DNA of 64,000 nucleotides from Longimicrobiales bacterium (GCA_035461245.1 DATHVP010000030.1:19991-83990), one strand, 5' to 3'; positions 53,289-62,971 are shown, numbered from the stretch's first letter. Notes: generated by a model from the letters alone, not told the origin. Numbers and translations are program-made.

Positions 53289-54845
53289 CTACCGATACCG
53301 CTCCAGCTGCCCCGTTCCTCCCACGACACGATGCACCGGCAGCACTGCCCCGATCTCTTCATGGCGGTCGAACCACCCGGCTTCCGCCAGTGAGTTGTCA
53401 TCCTCGGGTTCCAGCAGGTGGATGGCGATGGCAGCCGTCGGCTGCGCCAGCGGCACGATGAACGTGCCGGCGGGCAGCTGCAGGCGCCGCGAGACGATGG
53501 CGGTGCGCAGGATCCGGGGGATGTAGCCCTCGTATTCCGGGGCATGCTCCACGCTCTCCACGCGGTAGCTCTCGACATCGAGTTGTGTGTCATCGACGAG
53601 CCGCTCTACGAGGACGCCGTGCAACCGGAGGTGGTCGGCGATGTCGGCCCTGCTCGCATCGATTGCGTACGCGGCCGGCCGCGCCCGCGCCAGCCGCACG
53701 TTGGCGGTGTCCAGGATCGGCGTCACCACCTCGACGACCTGTCCGCCTGTCATGAAGCGGTACTCCTCGCGACGGCTGGCCGTCTCCTCGACGATGACGG
53801 CGATGCTGTCCGGCCGCCCCGCGAAGGCGTCGAGCCCGCGCCCGACGAGTTCCGCGCGGCCGCCGGCGACAGCCGCCACTACATCCGCCGGATTGGCGGC
53901 GACGAAGCGAGCCAGCGCCACCATGGCCACGTAATGCTTGTGCGTGCGCCGCTCCAGTTCCTCGCGGGCGTCGCGTGGCCGCACGCTCTCGTACAGGATG
54001 GAGATGGCGCCGTGGGCGCCGCCGTAGTTTGACAGTGCGCGGGCGCCGTACGCGCCGGGAGAGAGCCCCAGCTCCGGATCGTCGGCCAGGCCGCCGGGCA
54101 CCCGGTGGTAGATGAAGTGGGTGTAGCCCGCGGCCTCCAGCGCGCCGACCACGGCCGGCACGACGTGCGCCCGTGCATACGCCGACGGCGCCCACGGCCC
54201 GTTCAGGCTCACGCCGAAGCGGGTGTAGAAGTCGTAGATCCGCGGCGGGCCCACCAGCTCGTGGGCGTCCACCAGGACGTGCGGTCGCCACGGCGCTACA
54301 ACCCCGGTGATCACCGACCGGGACTCCGGCTGCGCCAGGCGCATGTAGTCCCGGTTCACGTTCGTCCGGGCGACGTTGTTGCGCGAACCCCAGTCGCCGG
54401 CCTCCGCGCCATCCGGGTTGATCTGCGGCACCAGCAGGAAGATGACGTCGTCGAGCAGTTCGCGCAGGCTGCCCAGCGCAAGCTCCCGCGCCACCTGCAT
54501 CAGCGCCTCCTTGCCCGCGGGCTCGTCGCCGTGAACCTGGGCGCCGATGAAGACAATGGGCTTGCCCGTGGCGTGCGCCTCCCACGGCTCCGACACGGCC
54601 GGCCGGGCCATCGTGACCAGGTGCAGTGGCCGGCCCTCAATGCTCCGCCCGATCTCCGCCAGCCGGACCTCGGGGGATCGTGCCGCCAGCGCCCGGTAGA
54701 AGGTCACCACGTCGTCGTGCGACGTCAGTTCCGTCCACCCGCTCCGCTCCGCTGTGGTCCGCAGCTCGTCGGCCTGACGCGCCTGCGCCGTTGCCGGTAC
54801 CGCGCACACCAGCCCAACCAGCCAGACTGCAATCCATGTCCGCAT
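53289..54845 (-). CDS. M14-family zinc carboxypeptidase
   Basis: Start moved to ATG 54845 (MRTWIAVWLVGLVCAVPATAQA, a signal peptide). Zn motif context IGAQVHGDEPAG. NVNRDY and DAHE segments are typical of M14. Confidence 0.7.
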   Translation of the reverse strand: MRTWIAVWLVGLVCAVPATAQARQADELRTTAERSGWTELTSHDDVVTFYRALAARSPEVRLAEIGRSIEGRPLHLVTMARPAVSEPWEAHATGKPIVFIGAQVHGDEPAGKEALMQVARELALGSLRELLDDVIFLLVPQINPDGAEAGDWGSRNNVARTNVNRDYMRLAQPESRSVITGVVAPWRPHVLVDAHELVGPPRIYDFYTRFGVSLNGPWAPSAYARAHVVPAVVGALEAAGYTHFIYHRVPGGLADDPELGLSPGAYGARALSNYGGAHGAISILYESVRPRDAREELERRTHKHYVAMVALARFVAANPADVVAAVAGGRAELVGRGLDAFAGRPDSIAVIVEETASRREEYRFMTGGQVVEVVTPILDTANVRLARARPAAYAIDASRADIADHLRLHGVLVERLVDDTQLDVESYRVESVEHAPEYEGYIPRILRTAIVSRRLQLPAGTFIVPLAQPTAAIAIHLLEPEDDNSLAEAGWFDRHEEIGAVLPVHRVVGGTGQLERYR

Positions 54846-54977
54846 GTCTCTGCTCCTGAAGTCAATCGCTACGAACACCGGGTGGGCCGCCCGGCGTTGA
54901 TCAGGGCGGTCCTTGTGGAACGGCGTCTGTGGGAAGGTTGCCGGGCAGGGCGGGGAGGTCAAGCACGCGTCCGGCGG

Positions 54978-55607
54978 CTAGCGAACAACCACCGGCCCGG
55001 CGAGCCGCTGCAGGGCGGCGATGGTGCCGTCCACTTCGCCCAGGGCCTCCTGCCGATGGACGATGGAGCCGCCGGCATCCAGCACCGTGATGACGTTGCT
55101 GTGCATGAAGTCGGTGGCGGAAACCTGGCGGTAGCGGACGCCCAGCACGGCAGCCAGGGTGGCGATGGATTCGTCCGGCCCGGCGAGGACGGTCCAGCGA
55201 TCACTCAGGCGCGTGGCCGTGGCGAAGCTGTCCAGCTGCTCCGGCGTGTCCCGCTCGGGATCGATGGAGACCAGGACGAAGCCGACGTCGGAGAACTCGC
55301 CCTCCAGGCGCTTCATGTCGGCGACGATGCGGGGACATGCGCTGCCGCAGTTGGTATAGACCATGGCAATGAGCTGCGGCCGGCCGCGCAGGTCAGCCAG
55401 CACACGCTCGGCGCCATGGCGATCCAGCCATACGTCGTCCAGCTGGTAGACGGACATGCCGGCCAGCGGCTCCACCGGTGCGGGCGCGTGCATGTCATGG
55501 TGTGCGTGCGTGTCGCCCGCGACAACGTCGGCTGCTGGCGGTGCACCGGTGCATCCGGCCAGCACTGCCATCAGCACGGTGACGGATACGGTCAGTCGCT
55601 TCATCAT
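54978..55607 (-). CDS. SCO1/SenC-family copper chaperone / thiol-disulfide protein
   Basis: Start at ATG 55607 (MMKRLTVSVTVLMAVLAGC, lipoprotein-like). YTNCGSACP CxxxC motif and a downstream FMHS His. ATGA overlap with the nirV-like stop. Confidence 0.8.
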   Translation of the reverse strand: MMKRLTVSVTVLMAVLAGCTGAPPAADVVAGDTHAHHDMHAPAPVEPLAGMSVYQLDDVWLDRHGAERVLADLRGRPQLIAMVYTNCGSACPRIVADMKRLEGEFSDVGFVLVSIDPERDTPEQLDSFATATRLSDRWTVLAGPDESIATLAAVLGVRYRQVSATDFMHSNVITVLDAGGSIVHRQEALGEVDGTIAALQRLAGPVVVR

Positions 55608-56389
55608 TGCAGGTCTCCCGCGCACCTGAATCCCAGTGATCCGGTGGTTGTGCGCGCATCCACCGTGGCGCGCCAGGCATACCGCAGGAACGCGGCGTAG
55701 TCGCGGGCGTCGCCGGTGGCCGTGGCGCCGCCGGCGCACGTGAGCTGGCCCTCGCGCCGCTCACCGACCCGGGAATCGCTCCCCGCGAAGACGGACTGGA
55801 AGTCGCTCACCCATTCCATGACGCCGCCGTGCATGGCGTATACGCCCCAGACGTTGCGGAACCCGGCCCCGGCGCGGGTGGCCCCGCGCTGCAGCGTCAG
55901 TTCCAGCACGCGCTTCAGGAACCCGTCCGCTTCGGAGGCGTCCCGCCGACGTTCGTCCGCCAGCGCCACATACTCCCACTCCGCGGTGGTGGGCAGCCGG
56001 CCGCCGCGCGCCGCGCAGTAGGAGCGGGCCGCGAACCACGACACATGCGTCACCGGTGCATCCTTCGGCACAGTCTCGCCGGCAGACGTCGGCGATTCCC
56101 AGTCCCTGAGGTAGCCGTCGTCGGCAAAGAGGCCGGGCACTGCGCCGCGCTGCCATCGCGAATGCCTCACCAGGAATTGCTCGTACTCGCCCCGCGTCAC
56201 GGGCCGGGCGTCCAGCAGGAACGACTCCACCTGCACCTGCGTCTCGCCCGGCTGCACGTACAGCGGACGGTACGAGCCGCCCTCGATCCGGACCATGCCC
56301 TCCGGCAACGGCCGTTGCAGGGCACTGCCGGCCCCGGCGGAAACCGCCAGGGCCGGGACCAGGAGCAGGAACAGGGGAGCGCGTCGCAT
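55604..56389 (-). CDS. nirV: formylglycine-generating-enzyme (SUMF1) family protein, NirV-like
   Basis: Signal peptide. RLPTTAEWEYVA, GGVMEWVSD and a GFRCA terminus. Starts 8 nt downstream of the nirK stop. Confidence 0.75.
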   Translation of the reverse strand: MRRAPLFLLLVPALAVSAGAGSALQRPLPEGMVRIEGGSYRPLYVQPGETQVQVESFLLDARPVTRGEYEQFLVRHSRWQRGAVPGLFADDGYLRDWESPTSAGETVPKDAPVTHVSWFAARSYCAARGGRLPTTAEWEYVALADERRRDASEADGFLKRVLELTLQRGATRAGAGFRNVWGVYAMHGGVMEWVSDFQSVFAGSDSRVGERREGQLTCAGGATATGDARDYAAFLRYAWRATVDARTTTGSLGFRCAGDLQ

Positions 56390-56397
56390 GATGCTGC

Positions 56398-57465
56398 CTA
56401 GTGGTTGGGCGCGTCCATGATCAGCGGCTGCTTCTCGCCAACCACCTTGATCTCAGCCAGCGCGCCCTTGTTGAACACGCGGTTGATTGCATGGTCCACC
56501 AGCAGGATGCTGCTCGGCACGTCCGCCCGGAACTCCACGATGGTCGAGCCGCCGGCGGGTACGTTCGTCGTCTGCACGTTGCGGTTGATGAGGTCACCGC
56601 CCTCCACACGAACCACGTCGAAGATCTCGCCGATCGCGTGGAACGAGCTGCTCAGGTTCGGGCCGCCATTGCCGACGAACAGCCGGACCGTCTCACCGGC
56701 CTGCACCACCGGCGCATTGTTGCCCGTCATCGCGCCCACCGCGCCGTTGAACAGCACGTACTCCGGCCGCTCGTCATACAGCTTGTCGAAGTCGAAAGGC
56801 TGCAGCCCGCCCTCGCCGTGGCGGCCCTTGGTGTAGAAGTCCCCCTGCATGACGTAGAACTCGTGGTCCACCGCCGGCAGGCCGCCCTCCGGCTCCACCA
56901 GGATCAGGCCGTACATGCCGTTGGCGATGTGCATCGGCACCGGCGCCATCGCGCAGTGGTAGACGTACAGGCCGGGCTTCATGGCGCGGAAGCGGAACGT
57001 GGCGTCAGTGCCCGCCACCACCATTGTCGCCTCGGCACCGCCGCCCTGGCCCGTCACCGCGTGCAGGTCGATGTTGTGCGGAACCTTCATGTCATGGTGC
57101 CCGATGAGACGGAACTCCACCATGTCGCCCTCGCGCACCCGGATGAAGCTGCCCGGCACCGTGCCGCCAAACGTCCAGAACTCGTATTCCACGCCCGGCG
57201 CGATCTCCATCACCTTCTCGATCACCTCCAGGTCCACCTTGACCAGCGTCGCATGCTTGCGCGTGATCGGCGCCGGCACCTGCGGCGCCGCCGTCATCAC
57301 GGCCACCTCCTCGCCGCGGATCGCCGGCAGCTTCGCCTCCGGGATCCGGTCGTCCAGCAGGCCCGTCGCGTTGCTGTTCCAGCCCGTCCCGACCACGAGC
57401 ACGGTGACCACCACAATCAGCCCCAGCACCGTCCCCACCAGCGTCTTCTTCTGTCGCGCTCCCAT
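56398..57465 (-). CDS. nirK: copper-containing nitrite reductase
   Basis: Start moved to ATG 57465 with an AGGAGA RBS. N-terminal TM anchor. Cu ligand contexts [12 protein letters not shown] and [20 protein letters not shown], and a second cupredoxin domain with SSFHAIGE. Confidence 0.9.
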   Translation of the reverse strand: MGARQKKTLVGTVLGLIVVVTVLVVGTGWNSNATGLLDDRIPEAKLPAIRGEEVAVMTAAPQVPAPITRKHATLVKVDLEVIEKVMEIAPGVEYEFWTFGGTVPGSFIRVREGDMVEFRLIGHHDMKVPHNIDLHAVTGQGGGAEATMVVAGTDATFRFRAMKPGLYVYHCAMAPVPMHIANGMYGLILVEPEGGLPAVDHEFYVMQGDFYTKGRHGEGGLQPFDFDKLYDERPEYVLFNGAVGAMTGNNAPVVQAGETVRLFVGNGGPNLSSSFHAIGEIFDVVRVEGGDLINRNVQTTNVPAGGSTIVEFRADVPSSILLVDHAINRVFNKGALAEIKVVGEKQPLIMDAPNH

Positions 57466-57499
57466 TGCTCTCTCCTTGTGGACGACTGCGTGATGCGTG

Positions 57500-57521
57500 T
57501 TTCTCATGTATTTATGAGAAA
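57500..57521. promoter_or_regulatory. AT-rich 8-6-8 inverted repeat upstream of nirK (candidate operator)
   Basis: TTTCTCAT gtattt ATGAGAAA with perfect arms, 35-56 nt upstream of the nirK ATG. It is the only AT-rich patch in this intergenic region. Confidence 0.35.
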
Positions 57522-57801
57522 TAGGACGGGGCAGGGCCATGGGGAAATGCCCGCAGGACCTGTGGGGAAACGTCCGCGACGGTGTGTAGGGCTACGGCCG
57601 TCCAGAGGGTGGCGATGATCGGGGCGCCATTGATAGCCGGTCCGCCATCCAGCGTGACCCGGGTGAAGCCGGCGTTGGATGTAGGGGTAACGGTGGCTGG
57701 ACGGTTGGGCGCGGCGAGGCTGCGAAGGGCGGATGTCAGGGAGCATCGTTCACGGACGGCACTGCATCATCACGGTGCCGTCCTGGTGATGGCGGGAGTC
57801 G

Positions 57802-58413
57802 TCAGGTCCTTTCGACAGCGGACTGCCGGCGGCGTCGCAGTGCGCCGAGACCGATCAGCCCGGTGCCCATCAGTATGAGCGACGTCGGCTCCGGCACTGC
57901 GGCGGCCCGAGGCAGCAGCTGTCCCCGGATTTCGCCGCCGGGGAATTCGCTCGTGTGGATGTTGAAGTATGTGTTGCCCGCGTGCATCGCGTCCACGAAT
58001 GCGGTGCGGGCGAGGAGCACATCCCCGCCAGATGCGGTCACGAACGCAGGGCTGTACGACGAGGCGAGGCTGAGGTCAAAGATCATCTCATACATGCCGG
58101 ACGATACGCCGGCGGGGAACCCGGGGAATGTGGGTGTCGGCGTGGCGGCGCCGGCGTTTGCTCCCGCTGGCGCACAGCAGTGGATGTGCGCCAGCGTCGT
58201 CAACCCCATGAGCGACGAGAAGACGACATGAACGCTCATGAAGTCTCCGGCGAGCGTGACGGTCGCCGTTCCGACTCCGGGCGAGGCGTTCGGCGGAACT
58301 TCCTGCGTACCGGCCAACTCACCCACGAACACCTGTGCCTGGGCGGGCGTCCACATGACCAACGCCGCGACCACGGCTCCGGCGATGACGGTACTTCGTC
58401 CGACCGCGCGCAT
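57802..58413 (-). CDS. CHRD-domain protein with a PEP-CTERM sorting signal
   Basis: GAGGAGG RBS and a signal peptide. LAGTQEVPPNASPGVGTATVTLAGD is CHRD-like. C-terminal VPEPTSLILMGTGLIGLGALRRRRQ is a PEP-CTERM anchor. Confidence 0.7.
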   Translation of the reverse strand: MRAVGRSTVIAGAVVAALVMWTPAQAQVFVGELAGTQEVPPNASPGVGTATVTLAGDFMSVHVVFSSLMGLTTLAHIHCCAPAGANAGAATPTPTFPGFPAGVSSGMYEMIFDLSLASSYSPAFVTASGGDVLLARTAFVDAMHAGNTYFNIHTSEFPGGEIRGQLLPRAAAVPEPTSLILMGTGLIGLGALRRRRQSAVERT

Positions 58414-58608
58414 ACCAACCTCCTCGCTGTAGAGATGTAACCGGCTGCGAACCCAACGTCAGGAGGCACGCCCCCGACGCGGGCTGCACCCACGATGGAT
58501 CGCAGATCAGCGCGGGGGCAAGGCTGACGTTGGCTGCGTTAAGCTGGCCGCTACCGCGTCCGGGAAGTTGTTGACGGCCCATGCGGGCACGTCACCGCCG
58601 CAGCCGCA

Positions 58609-60075
58609 TCAATCGAGGTTGGGTCGTGTCTCGGCACGGCGGGCCATGGCCCGGATGAAGCCGCTGAAAATGAGGCGATGGATGGGATAGAGCGCGTACC
58701 AGTACAGCCACCCGCCGAGGCCGCGTGGTGCAAAGAAGGCGGTCTGCTGGAGCAGTGTGCCACCGTCGGCCATGGGAGTCGCCCCGAGCTGGAGCCAGGC
58801 CTCGCCTGGCACCTTCATCTCAGCGCGGAGGCGAAGCAGCCGACCCGGCTCCAGCGCCTCGACTCGCCAGAAGTCGAGGGCATCGCCGACTCGAAGTTCG
58901 TGGGGATCCCGGCGGCCGCGCCGCAGTCCCACACCCCCGATCAGTCGATCCGCCAGCCCTCGCAGCCGCCATGCCCAGTCCATGAAGAGCCACCCGGTAT
59001 TCCCCCCGAGACTGGTAAACACGGTAAAGACCGATGCGGGCGGGGCATTCACCTGGCACTCACGGTGTTCGCGTACCATGCCCTCACTGTCGCTCAGCAC
59101 GACGCCCCGGGCCTGGCTGCTGCTGAGCGCATCGCTCCATGACGACTCGATGCCAAAGGCGTGGAGCCGCTCCAGCGCCCGTTCCACCGACGTCCGGTAG
59201 CTTACGGGCCGGATGTCCGGAAACAGCTCCCTGGCCGTGCTGTCCTGCACGACGTTCTCGTTGCGGAGTCCATCAATGAGAGGGCGCGCCATGGCGGCGG
59301 GGATGGGAGTCACGAGGTTGACCCAGAGCGAAGAGAGGCGCGGCGTCAGCAAAGGCACGGGCAGCAGCCAGCGCCTGAGGCCGCGGACCTCGGCGTACGT
59401 CGTCATCATCTCGCCGTAGGTTACGACGTCGGCGCCGCCGATTTCGATGGTGCGCCCGGCGCTCGCCGGCACGTCAAGCGCCGCCACCAGGTAATCCAGC
59501 ACCTCGCGCACACCGATGGGCTGCGTGCGCGTGTATACCCAGCGAGGGCTGACGAGCACGGGGATCCGTTCGGTGAGATAGCGGATCATCTCGAAGGACA
59601 GGCTGCCCGAACCAACGATGACGCCGGCCCGGAACTCCGTCACCGGCACGCCGGCTTCACGCAGGGCAGCGCCCGTCTGCTGGCGGGACCGCAGGTGCTC
59701 CGACAGGTCGGGCGACGGCGCTGCGAGGCCGCCGAGGTAGATGATCCGTTCAATCCCCGCCGCTGCCGCAGCGGCGCCGAAAGTGCGCGCGGCCTCCAGA
59801 TCGCGCTGGTTGTATCCCGAGCCCGCCCCGAGACTGTGCACCAGGTAGTACGCCACACTCACGCCCTGCAGGGCAGCTGGCAGGGTGTCCGCCTGCAGCA
59901 CGTCGCCGGTAATCGCTTCTATGTCGTCGCGCCAGGCGCGATCGCGCAGACGCTCTGCATCACGCACCAGGCATCGTACGCGCAGCCCTGCTTCCAGGAG
60001 CCGGGGCACCAGCCGGCCCCCGATGTAGCCGGTGGCACCCGTCACGAGAACCGTGCGACTGCGTGGGTCTTCCAT
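58609..60075 (-). CDS. NAD(P)-binding SDR-family protein fused to a DUF2867-like C-terminal domain
   Basis: Start moved to ATG 60075 (MEDPRSRTVLVTGATGYIGGRLV). Rossmann TGxxGxxG motif. The C-terminal half of about 180 aa resembles DUF2867. Confidence 0.65.
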   Translation of the reverse strand: MEDPRSRTVLVTGATGYIGGRLVPRLLEAGLRVRCLVRDAERLRDRAWRDDIEAITGDVLQADTLPAALQGVSVAYYLVHSLGAGSGYNQRDLEAARTFGAAAAAAGIERIIYLGGLAAPSPDLSEHLRSRQQTGAALREAGVPVTEFRAGVIVGSGSLSFEMIRYLTERIPVLVSPRWVYTRTQPIGVREVLDYLVAALDVPASAGRTIEIGGADVVTYGEMMTTYAEVRGLRRWLLPVPLLTPRLSSLWVNLVTPIPAAMARPLIDGLRNENVVQDSTARELFPDIRPVSYRTSVERALERLHAFGIESSWSDALSSSQARGVVLSDSEGMVREHRECQVNAPPASVFTVFTSLGGNTGWLFMDWAWRLRGLADRLIGGVGLRRGRRDPHELRVGDALDFWRVEALEPGRLLRLRAEMKVPGEAWLQLGATPMADGGTLLQQTAFFAPRGLGGWLYWYALYPIHRLIFSGFIRAMARRAETRPNLD

Positions 60076-60290
60076 TGAGCGTGCTCCATGACCGGATGGC
60101 GGGCCAGCCTGCACAGCGCGCGAGTGCTGCCCGGCTCTGGCGGTAATACCCCGGTCATCGCTGCCGGGGTCGCTGCCAGCCGCGGTCCTCGACATGGCTT
60201 TTCGGGCTGATTCGACTCCCCCGGACCTGCGGCCAACAACTTGCACTGCCGTTCCAGTGAAAGGCGATGGCTTCTCCCTCGGAGGACAAT

Positions 60291-60377
60291 ATGAACCTGA
60301 CGACGATCATTATCATCCTGGTGGTGCTGGCAATACTGGGTGGTGGCTGGGGTTACTCCCGTCGCGGGCGGCTGTAG
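60291..60377 (+). CDS. 28-aa hydrophobic small ORF (candidate small membrane peptide)
   Basis: GGAGGA at 60281-60286, then ATG 60291. Encodes MNLTTIIIILVVLAILGGGWGYSRRGRL. Followed 10 nt later by a perfect 16-bp hairpin. Below the ORF-track length cutoff. Confidence 0.4.
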   Translation: MNLTTIIIILVVLAILGGGWGYSRRGRL

Positions 60378-60387
60378 GAGGTTGGAT

Positions 60388-60424
60388 GATGCCGACGCCG
60401 CGTGGAGCACGCGGCGTCGGCATC
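60388..60424. repeat. palindromic element copy A (perfect 16-bp stem)
   Basis: GATGCCGACGCCGCGT ggagc ACGCGGCGTCGGCATC. Shares the core CCGACGCCGCGTGnAGCAnGCGGCGTCGG with 63257-63289. Confidence 0.7.
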
Positions 60425-60535
60425 GGCACGCTGGCCCCGCCGCCAGCGGATACCCTACGCCCGCCGGCCGACACGCCGGACACGCTGCGCCGGCCGTAGC
60501 GCCGACGCGGTGGGCCGGACGGGTGCTGCCGGGCG

Positions 60536-62971
60536 TCAGTCCGGTCGCAGAGCAGCGACCGGGTCCAGCCGTGCCGCCCGGCGGGCAGGCAGCCAGCACG
60601 CGAGGAGCGCGATCCCTCCGAGCATGGCCGGTACGCCGGCAAAGGTGACCAGGTCGTACGGGCCCACGTCATGGAGCAGGCCAGCGACGGGCCGGGCGAG
60701 CAGCGCTGCGGCGGCCAGCCCCAGGACGAGGCCGGCGCCGGCGAGACGCATGGACTGACGGACGACCATGCCGGTCACGTCCTTCGCGCGCGCGCCCAGG
60801 GCGACACGGATCCCGATCTCCTGCCGCCGCTGCCCCACCGTGTAGGCCGTCAGCCCGTATACGCCGACCCCGGCGAGCAGCAGCGCGACCAGCGCGAAGA
60901 ACGTGAAGAACGCGGAGTACAGCCGTGGCAGCGCGATGCTTTCGGTCACCAGTTCTGTCATCGCACGGAACGCGGGCGGCGGCAGTGCCGGGTCGATGGC
61001 GCGCACGACATCGCGGACCGACGCGCCCGTCGTGGCAGCCACCGTCGAGGCGGAGCGGCCAACCGGCCCGCCGGCCAGGCGCACCACGATGTGATTCGAC
61101 CGCGCTGGCACCTGCTCCGCGCTCAGGAACAGCTCGACGATGGTCTCGCTGCCGAGGCCGCGATGGCGCGTATCCGCGGTGACACCCACGATCTCGAACG
61201 GATCACCACCCACCGCCAGCCGCCGGCCCACCGGGTCCTCGCCGGGGAAGTGCCTGCGCCGGAACGTCTCGTTGATGATGGCGGCGCGGACCTCGTTGCC
61301 GGCGCGGTCCTCCGCATTGAACGCGCGGCCGGCCGTGATGGGCGTGCCGGTCACTTCGAACCAGTCCCGTGACACGGAGCGGTACCATGCGGCGGGCGGG
61401 TTCTCGTCGCGTCCGGGGACGCGGCCCTCGACCCGGAAATTGACGTCGCTGTCACCGACGCCGCTCATGGGCAGGCTCGACGTGGTAGCGACGCCGGCGA
61501 CACCCGGCAGCGCGGCCACGCGCTCGAGGGCCGTGGCGACGAACACGCGGATCTCGTCGGCCGTCTCGTAGCGCGCGGGCGGCAGGAAGTACTGCCCGGT
61601 GACCAGGCCATCGGCGCGGAACCCCGGATCGACCTGCTGCAGCCGCGCCAGGCTGCGCAGCGTGAGCCCTGAGCCGATCAGCAGTGTGAGAGCGATGGCG
61701 ATCTCGGCGACGACGAGTGCACTGCGTACGCGACGTCGCCCCACCGATACCCGGTGACCGCCGGTCTCGCGCAGCACGTCGGCGGGCTGGCCGGCGGTGG
61801 CGTGGAGGGCGGGGCCGATGGCCGCGGCAAGGGCCGCGATGATGCCGGCGCCGAGGGCGAAGCTCAGCGACGTCGCATCAATGGTGACTTCGTCGATCCG
61901 CGGCGTGTTCGGCGGCGCCAGCGCAGTCAGCAGCGCCACAGCCCACAGGGCGATGAGCGCTGCTGCGGCGGCACCGATGGCCCCGAGCACGACCGTCTCT
62001 ACCAGCATCTGCCGCACGACCGTGCCGCGCCCGGCACCGATGGCGGTCCGGATGGCGAGTTCGCGGTCACGTACGCCCGCCCGGGCGACCAGCAGGTTCG
62101 CCACGTTCACGATGGCAATGAGCAGCAGCAGCGCGACCGCGCCCGCCAGGGCGAGCAGCGCCGGCCGCGTCGCCGCCGTTACATCGTCTTTCAGCCCGAC
62201 GACGTTGAACGCCACGTCCCGGTTCGATGCGTATTCCGCGGCCAGGCGGGCCGCAACGACGTTGGCGTCCGCAGCGGCGGTGGCGACGGGCGTGTTCGGC
62301 TGCAGCCGGCCGATCACGCGAACAGAGTAGCAGCCGCGCCCGCAGTCACCGTTCGCGTCCACCACGCGCGAGCGCCATACGTCTGCCGGGAACAGCGGGT
62401 CGCGGAAGCCGGCCGGCATGACGCCGACGATCTCGTGGGCGACGTCGTTCAGCGTGATGGTCCGGCCCACGGCGCTCGCATCGCCGGCAAAGCGGCTTTG
62501 CCAGATATCGTGGCCCAGCACCACAACAGGCACCGCGCCGGGCTGCTCGGTGTCCGGGTGGAACGGCGCGCCGATCACCGGCCGCACACCGACCACGTCG
62601 AAGTAGCCCGCACTCACGATGACGCCGTCCACCGATTCCGCGCCGTCCGGCGTGGTCATGGCCGGTGTGTAGTTGCCGACGGCGGCCAGGGCGGCAAACG
62701 AACTCGTGCCATCCCGCAGGTCCACGAAGTCCGGCGGCGTGAACCACTCCTTGTCCGGCCCGCCCCGCCGCGTCAGGTCCTGCCAGACCATGACCATCCG
62801 GTCCGAATCAGGGAAGGGCAGCGGCCGCAGCAGCAGCGCGTTGACGACGCTGAAGATGGCGACGGTCGCGCCCAGCCCGATCCCGAGCGTTGCGATCACC
62901 GTCAGCGAGAAGCCGGGAGCGCCGCGGATGGCGCGCAGGGCGTAGCGGATTTCAGTCAGCAGGTTGGCCAT
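60536..62971 (-). CDS. ADOP-family duplicated MacB/FtsX-type ABC permease (no ATPase domain)
   Basis: Start moved to ATG 62971 (MANLLTEIRYALRAIRGAPGFSLTVIATLGIGLGATVAIFSVVNALLLRPLPFPDSDRMV). Two FtsX-type four-TM modules, each following a large periplasmic domain. Confidence 0.85.
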   Translation of the reverse strand: MANLLTEIRYALRAIRGAPGFSLTVIATLGIGLGATVAIFSVVNALLLRPLPFPDSDRMVMVWQDLTRRGGPDKEWFTPPDFVDLRDGTSSFAALAAVGNYTPAMTTPDGAESVDGVIVSAGYFDVVGVRPVIGAPFHPDTEQPGAVPVVVLGHDIWQSRFAGDASAVGRTITLNDVAHEIVGVMPAGFRDPLFPADVWRSRVVDANGDCGRGCYSVRVIGRLQPNTPVATAAADANVVAARLAAEYASNRDVAFNVVGLKDDVTAATRPALLALAGAVALLLLIAIVNVANLLVARAGVRDRELAIRTAIGAGRGTVVRQMLVETVVLGAIGAAAAALIALWAVALLTALAPPNTPRIDEVTIDATSLSFALGAGIIAALAAAIGPALHATAGQPADVLRETGGHRVSVGRRRVRSALVVAEIAIALTLLIGSGLTLRSLARLQQVDPGFRADGLVTGQYFLPPARYETADEIRVFVATALERVAALPGVAGVATTSSLPMSGVGDSDVNFRVEGRVPGRDENPPAAWYRSVSRDWFEVTGTPITAGRAFNAEDRAGNEVRAAIINETFRRRHFPGEDPVGRRLAVGGDPFEIVGVTADTRHRGLGSETIVELFLSAEQVPARSNHIVVRLAGGPVGRSASTVAATTGASVRDVVRAIDPALPPPAFRAMTELVTESIALPRLYSAFFTFFALVALLLAGVGVYGLTAYTVGQRRQEIGIRVALGARAKDVTGMVVRQSMRLAGAGLVLGLAAAALLARPVAGLLHDVGPYDLVTFAGVPAMLGGIALLACWLPARRAARLDPVAALRPD

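Noticed and set aside
54105-55700. 531-aa ORF on the plus strand across the M14 and SCO1 genes; likewise 5854-7698(-), 4654-5700(-), 8059-9072(-), 11010-12224(-), 15606-16652(-), 17169-18242(-), 31266-33023(-), 39070-40362(+), 48372-49643(-), 56401-57618(+), 61754-63067(+)
   Set aside because: All are antisense or out-of-frame shadows of genes with strong family motifs. None has its own RBS/signal logic or recognisable domains.
52972-57465. Genomic island integrated at tRNA-Pro carrying the nirK module
   Set aside because: I could find no integrase, transposase or phage gene and no direct repeat of the tRNA 3' end. Apart from the short spacer at 53046-53288, the base composition of the downstream genes looks like the rest of the window.
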